DNA of 64,000 nucleotides from an uncultured Planctomycetota bacterium (GTDB lineage Bacteria; Planctomycetota; PLA2; JAEUHO01): NCBI GenBank assembly GCA_963752285.1, contig CAVVXN010000002.1, positions 455,116 to 519,115 of the forward strand, read 5' to 3'. Shown piece by piece: positions 59,508 to 64,000 of this stretch (position 1 is its first letter; each line of letters starts with the position of its first letter). The notes under the pieces were generated by a model. It saw only the letters and a program-made list of their open reading frames with translations, ran no database searches and was not told where the DNA came from. The position numbers and the translations under genes were made by a program.

Positions 59508-59912
59508 GTCCCCTTGGTAACGAGGTTTCCCCGCCGCGGGAACGAGGGAGGCGGCCTCCCGAGAGGGGACGCCGTCCCCCCGTCGGACGCGCGCGCTCCC
59601 TCTCGATGCACCGGGCTTCGAAACGTGCCCGGTCCGACGACACGCGCGGGACGCGGAGGTTGCGCCGCGTGGTAAGGCGCGGACCAGGGGCGCGGGCGCG
59701 CCCCGACTCGGACGCGCGACGCGCGGTCCACCATCCCGATGGCGCGAGGCGCCTCGGCGCGAGCGCGCTCGTCTCTCGGGGCGGTCGGCGACGCGAACGC
59801 AGGGCCGACGCGGGCGTGGGGGAGTCGAAGGACCACGATTTGCACGCTCGAGCGACGAGTGCCGGGACGACGGAAGAAATCTCGAGACGGTCCTTACGCG
59901 CCGCGTTCGGTC

Positions 59913-61469
59913 GTGCGCGTGTTCGTCCTGCTCGCGGCGGCGACCCTGGGATCGTGCGGGGAGCGAATCGTGACGACGAGCGCCCCCCTGCGCTACGACC
60001 AGGAGGGGCGCGCGCTCGGCCTGGCGCCGCGGCTCGCCTCGCCGCCCAACCTCGTGCTGATCGTCGTGGACGCGCTGCGGGCGGACGCGCTCCCCGACGG
60101 CGCGGAGCCGGCGACGCGGATGCCGTCCTTCGCGGCGCTCGCGGAGCGGGGGGTCCAGCTCGACAACGCCACCGCGCCGGCGACGTGGACGCTCCCCTCC
60201 ATCACGAGCATCCTCACCGGGCTGAGACCCTTGCAGCACGGGCTCGACTCGGAACGCTCGGTCGTGCAGCTCCCCGACGCCATCACGACGTTCGCGGAGG
60301 TGCTCTCGGCCACGTACGGCTACGCGACGGCCGCGTTCGTGGCGGGGCCGTGGTTCGAGGGCCGGGGGGAGAGCGTCCTCCAGGGCTTCGAGCGAATCGA
60401 GCACGACTACTCCCTCCAGGGGACGGCGGAGCTCGTGGGGCGCTGGACGCTCCTTCGTCGCGGCCGGCCGTTCTTCCTCCTGCTCCACACGTACGACGTC
60501 CACTCGCCGTACGGGGCGGCGAACCACCCGTGGCCGCCGCGCCCGCTCGGGTCGGGCCGGACGCTGTCCCTCGGCGCGCGGCCCCTCCCGAGCCCCGAGG
60601 ACCTCGTGCGCATCCACTTCCTCGACGGTCCCGCGTGCGCGAGGCTCGTCCAGGAAGGCGACGACCGCGCCGACCGGGCCTTCTTCGACTACCTCTACAA
60701 CGGGTACCCCGCGCATCCCGATCCCGTCCTCTGCCAGGAGATCGGTGCGGGCTACTGGTCGGGCGTGCGCTGGGCCGACGACCAGCTCGGCACGACGCTC
60801 GACTACCTCCGGTCGTCCGGGCTCCTCCAGAACACCCTCTTGGTGGTGACGTCCGACCACGGGGAGTCGCTCGGAGAGCACGGGATCCTCGGTCACGGAC
60901 GCACCCTCCAGGAGTCGCTCGTCCACGTGCCGCTCGTCGCGACGGGGCCCGGCCCCTTCGCGAAGCCGCGCCACGTCGCGAACGCGGTGTCCCTCCTCGA
61001 CGTGCTCCCGACCTTCCTCGACCTGGCCGGCATGGCGCCCCTCGCGGGGGGGGCGGGTCGCTCCTTCTTGCCGGCGATGGACGCGGAACCGGTGTGCCGC
61101 GCGGTCGTGTCGCAGGAGCGCCTGACGTTCGAGAACACCTTCCGGGACGTGGACGAGGTGCTCGTCTCCGCGCGCACGCCCCGTTGGAAGTACGTGCTGC
61201 GGTTCGACGCCCGCCGGGGCGCGGCCCGCGAGTCGCTCTACGACCTGCTCTTCGACCCCGACGAGGAGATCGACCTCTTCGCGAAGGACCAGGGCGACCT
61301 CGGCGAGGCGGGGATCGACGCCTGCGCCTGCGCGGCCGTCGAGGCGCTGAGGGACGCCCTCTGGCGCTTCGCCCCGCACGCCGCGGCCGACGACGACGTG
61401 GCCGTGCCCTACGCCTCGCACCCGACCGGCCCCACGACGCAGCGTCCCCCGCCCTGCGACGCGCCGTAG
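59913..61469 (+). CDS. Sulfatase-like hydrolase of the alkaline-phosphatase superfamily, probable lipoprotein
   Basis: In-frame GTG at 59913 (alternative ATG at 59739) of ORF 59739..61469, with lipobox TLGSC. Motifs are LVLIVVDALRAD, TWTLPSITSILTG (Thr where true sulfatases have Cys/Ser) and VVTSDHGESLGEHGILGHG. Confidence 0.8.
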   Translation: MRVFVLLAAATLGSCGERIVTTSAPLRYDQEGRALGLAPRLASPPNLVLIVVDALRADALPDGAEPATRMPSFAALAERGVQLDNATAPATWTLPSITSILTGLRPLQHGLDSERSVVQLPDAITTFAEVLSATYGYATAAFVAGPWFEGRGESVLQGFERIEHDYSLQGTAELVGRWTLLRRGRPFFLLLHTYDVHSPYGAANHPWPPRPLGSGRTLSLGARPLPSPEDLVRIHFLDGPACARLVQEGDDRADRAFFDYLYNGYPAHPDPVLCQEIGAGYWSGVRWADDQLGTTLDYLRSSGLLQNTLLVVTSDHGESLGEHGILGHGRTLQESLVHVPLVATGPGPFAKPRHVANAVSLLDVLPTFLDLAGMAPLAGGAGRSFLPAMDAEPVCRAVVSQERLTFENTFRDVDEVLVSARTPRWKYVLRFDARRGAARESLYDLLFDPDEEIDLFAKDQGDLGEAGIDACACAAVEALRDALWRFAPHAAADDDVAVPYASHPTGPTTQRPPPCDAP

Positions 61470-61550
61470 CCCACGACGCGAGCGTGCCCCTCGCCGTCGG
61501 TCCTTACCGCGCTCTGACAACTCGCCGGGCCGTCCCAGGAGGATCCGGCG

Positions 61551-63509
61551 GTGCGATCGCTCCGGGCGCTGACGATCCTGCTCGTCCTCCTGGTGCTCCT
61601 TCCGGCCGTGGCCCTCGCGTGGCTCGGCTGGCGGGGGGCGGACGCCTGGGAGGAGGCGACGCGGGCCCGGATCCGGCTCGAGCTCGCCGACGCCGAGCGG
61701 GAGATCCGCGGCGACGTGGCCCGCGCGTCCGCCGGGATCGAGGACGGGCTCCGCGCCCGCGTCGAGACCCTGGCGAAGCTCGCGGCCGTGGAGGTACCCG
61801 CCCGCGGGATCGGACCGGGCATGGCCCGGGTCGTCTCGGGCGTCGCCGACGGGCCTGCCCCACGGATCGCCTGGATCCGCCTCGTGGCGAGCGACGGACG
61901 AACCCTCTGGCCGGTCCCGTGGAGCACGGAGCGGCCGGCGTCCTCGGCACCGCTCGACGCGCTCCTCTGGGACCTCCGCCGGCGCGCGGACCGCGTGCGG
62001 GTCGCCGACGGCGACGCAGCCGTCGTCGGCTACTGGGGCGACGTCGCGGCCCGGGCGCACGCGCCAACGCTCGTCGCCCTCGCGAAGGCGGAGGCGCTCT
62101 GCGACTCGCATCCGACCCTCGCGGCCCTCCAGGCGATGGAGGCCTCGTTCGACGACGCGGAGCGCGAAGCGGCCGGGCGCCCGTTGACGCTCGCCCTCGT
62201 CGATCTCGCGCTCCGCCGGAAGGACCGAGCGGCGTCGTGTGAGCTCCGCCGGCGATGGGACGTGGGCCAGATCGCCGCCGTGCCGCTCACCGACGCCGAG
62301 CGCGAGTCCGCCCGCCTCGCGCTCAGCCGATGCGCGACCGGCGTGGCGGCGCCGCTCCCGGCGGGGCTCGACGGGCCGTGGACCTGGTCCCCGTGGTCGC
62401 AGGTCCCGGCGGAACGACCCGCCGTGGAGGCGCCGGTCCGGGGCGGGGCGCGCCTCGAGGCCTTCGTGCTCCCCGACGAGCTCTGGGGCGCGCTCGCCAC
62501 GCGGATCCCGGCGCGGGTGGGCGACGCCGTGCACGCCGAGGCGTGGCGATGGGCCGCCTCGAGCGTGAGGGCCGCGCCCCTGTGGAAGGAGATCGAGGCG
62601 CGTACGACACCGCGTCTCGTCCTCCCCGGTCCGCTCGGCGTGGACGGCCTGGTCGTGTTCTGGCACCGCGACCAGGAGGCCCTCCGCGCGGGGCGCACGA
62701 CGCGCCGGACGCTCACCCTCGCGGGCATCGCGGCCCTCTTCCTGCTGATGGCGATCGGTCTGCTCGTCGTCCGCCGCGCGGTGGGGCGCGAGCGCGCGGC
62801 GCGGCGCCTCCAGGACGAGTTCGTGTCGAACGTGAGCCACGAGCTCCGAACCCCCCTCGCGAGCGTCCTCCTCCACGCGGAGATGCTCGCCGAGGACGAC
62901 CCCGGCCCGTCACCGGGGCGCCGGGCCGCCCGGGCGCGCGTCGTCAGGGCCGAGGGCGCGCGCCTGGCGGGCCTGGTCGAGGACCTCCTCGACTTCTCCG
63001 CGCTCGAGCGGGGCGCGCGGCGCCTCGAGCCCGAGCTCGTGGACCTCGCCCAGGCCGTCCGGGCCGCGGCGGCGCCCTACGCCACCCTCGCCGAGGCCGA
63101 GGGCGTCGAGCTCGTGGTGGAGAGCCCCGACGGAGAGGTCGCGACGTTCGCCGACCCGCACGCGCTCTCCCGGATCCTCGCGAACCTCCTCTCGAACGCG
63201 TGGCGGCACGGGCGACCGTCGCGGGACGGCGCGCCGGGACGGATCCGGGTGCGCGTCCTGGACGGCCCGCCCGACGTCACGGTCGAGGTGGAGGACGACG
63301 GGCCGGGCATCCCCCCGGAGGAGCGCGCCCTCGTCTTCGAGCGGTTCCGGCGGGGGCGGGACGCGGGCGCGAGACCCGGCGCCGGTCTCGGCCTCGCGCT
63401 CGCGCGCGACCTCGCGCGGTCCATGGAGGGAGACCTCGCCCTCCGCGAGGACCGACCGGGTACCGTGTTTCGCCTGCGGCTCCCCTGGCTGCCGGAGGGA
63501 ACGGCGTGA
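61551..63509 (+). CDS. Sensor histidine kinase (2 TM helices, large periplasmic domain, HisKA + HATPase_c)
   Basis: Track ORF with a GTG start. The H-box is FVSNVSHELRTPL. The N-box is ANLLSNAWRHG. The G-boxes are DDGPGIP and GAGLGLALA. Confidence 0.85.
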   Translation: MRSLRALTILLVLLVLLPAVALAWLGWRGADAWEEATRARIRLELADAEREIRGDVARASAGIEDGLRARVETLAKLAAVEVPARGIGPGMARVVSGVADGPAPRIAWIRLVASDGRTLWPVPWSTERPASSAPLDALLWDLRRRADRVRVADGDAAVVGYWGDVAARAHAPTLVALAKAEALCDSHPTLAALQAMEASFDDAEREAAGRPLTLALVDLALRRKDRAASCELRRRWDVGQIAAVPLTDAERESARLALSRCATGVAAPLPAGLDGPWTWSPWSQVPAERPAVEAPVRGGARLEAFVLPDELWGALATRIPARVGDAVHAEAWRWAASSVRAAPLWKEIEARTTPRLVLPGPLGVDGLVVFWHRDQEALRAGRTTRRTLTLAGIAALFLLMAIGLLVVRRAVGRERAARRLQDEFVSNVSHELRTPLASVLLHAEMLAEDDPGPSPGRRAARARVVRAEGARLAGLVEDLLDFSALERGARRLEPELVDLAQAVRAAAAPYATLAEAEGVELVVESPDGEVATFADPHALSRILANLLSNAWRHGRPSRDGAPGRIRVRVLDGPPDVTVEVEDDGPGIPPEERALVFERFRRGRDAGARPGAGLGLALARDLARSMEGDLALREDRPGTVFRLRLPWLPEGTA

Positions 63510-64000
63510 GCGAGCGGAAGATCCTGGTCGTGGAGGACGAGGCGCCGCTCCGCGAGGGACTCGCCGAACGCCTGGAGGCCGAGGGCTACCGCGTGGACAC
63601 CGCGGCGACGAGGGCCGAGGGTCTCCGAGCGCTCGACCGGGCGCCGGATCTCGTCGTCCTCGACCGCCGACTGCCGGACGGCGAGGGCCTGGACGTCCTC
63701 CGGGCGCTCCGGGCGTCCGGCCGCGAGGCCGCGGTGATCGTCCTCTCCGCGCGCGGGCTCGCCGAGGACCGCGTGGAGGGCCTCCAAGGCGGCGCCGACG
63801 ACTACGTCACGAAGCCCTTCCACTTGAAGGAGCTCCTCGCGCGGATCGAGGCCGTGCTCGCCCGTGGGCCCCGACGCGACGCGTCGGCGCGCGAGGTGAC
63901 GTTCGGGAGCTTCACCCTGGACCTCGCGGCGCGCGTCCTCAAGAAGGGACGGCACGAGATCCCCTTGACGCGCCTCGAATTCGACCTCCTCCGCTACCTC
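63506..64000 (+). CDS. OmpR-family response regulator (partial, cut by the window end)
   Basis: Not in the track because it has no stop. The GTG at 63506 overlaps the kinase stop (GTGA). Translation reads VSERKILVVEDEAPLREGLAERLEAEGY...DLVVLDRRLPDGEG...VIVLSARG...GADDYVTKPFHLKELLARIE, followed by the start of a winged-helix domain. Confidence 0.85.
   Translation, partial: MSERKILVVEDEAPLREGLAERLEAEGYRVDTAATRAEGLRALDRAPDLVVLDRRLPDGEGLDVLRALRASGREAAVIVLSARGLAEDRVEGLQGGADDYVTKPFHLKELLARIEAVLARGPRRDASAREVTFGSFTLDLAARVLKKGRHEIPLTRLEFDLLRYL

Overview
This is a very GC-rich bacterial chromosomal window from a diderm organism, judged from lipoboxes, outer-membrane beta-barrels and periplasmic cytochromes. 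Because of the GC content, most of the very long ORFs in the six-frame track are antisense or shadow artefacts, or run-ons in front of real genes. I accept about 44 CDS, one tRNA-Cys, a few strong hairpins and two tandem-repeat arrays.

Layout:
(1) 1-3.1 kb: a STAS protein, a MoxR ATPase and a TatD/radical-SAM fusion.
(2) 3.2-4.4 kb: a membrane-anchored coiled-coil/HEAT-repeat protein (+ strand).
(3) 4.4-27.2 kb: a large c-type cytochrome island. It holds System II maturation genes (a lipoprotein plus ccsB and ccsA), an Rrf2 regulator, a tetrahaem cytochrome, an OM beta-barrel and a 17-haem lipoprotein cytochrome. A repeat-filled structured spacer follows, then an 11-haem-c/cytochrome-b fusion (CbcL-like), a MauE/thioredoxin pair, two roughly 800-aa multihaem lipoproteins and a monohaem TolB/TPR lipoprotein. 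I read this as a one-locus porin-cytochrome extracellular electron-transfer (EET) conduit built from non-canonical parts.
(4) 28.3-40.2 kb: two convergent operons whose stops lie 19 bp apart. One is a DUF4062/SIR2-like gene plus a 1578-aa membrane-spanning STAND NTPase. The other is a TPR-Ser/Thr kinase, a DUF4145/TPR protein and an FHA-TM-trypsin-like protease. This is my best candidate for an undescribed conflict or signalling system.
(5) 40.3-49.8 kb: an OM-barrel-like protein, a small Met/Thr/Lys-rich secreted protein, a sigma-54 activator with a degenerate receiver plus micro-ORFs, a histidine phosphatase, an HNH protein carrying 27-bp hairpin repeats, membrane proteins and a GtrA-like protein.
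(6) 49.8-58.5 kb: an ECF sigma factor fused in one ORF to a TM segment and at least 8 carboxypeptidase-regulatory-like repeats, then tRNA-Cys(GCA), then a 1475-aa Tyr/Ser/Gly-rich lipoprotein.
(7) 58.7-64 kb: a PDZ protein, a sulfatase-like lipoprotein, and a histidine kinase with an OmpR-type regulator that is cut by the window end.

No CRISPR array, transposase, integrase or rRNA was seen. All domain calls rest on motifs read by eye, not on database searches.
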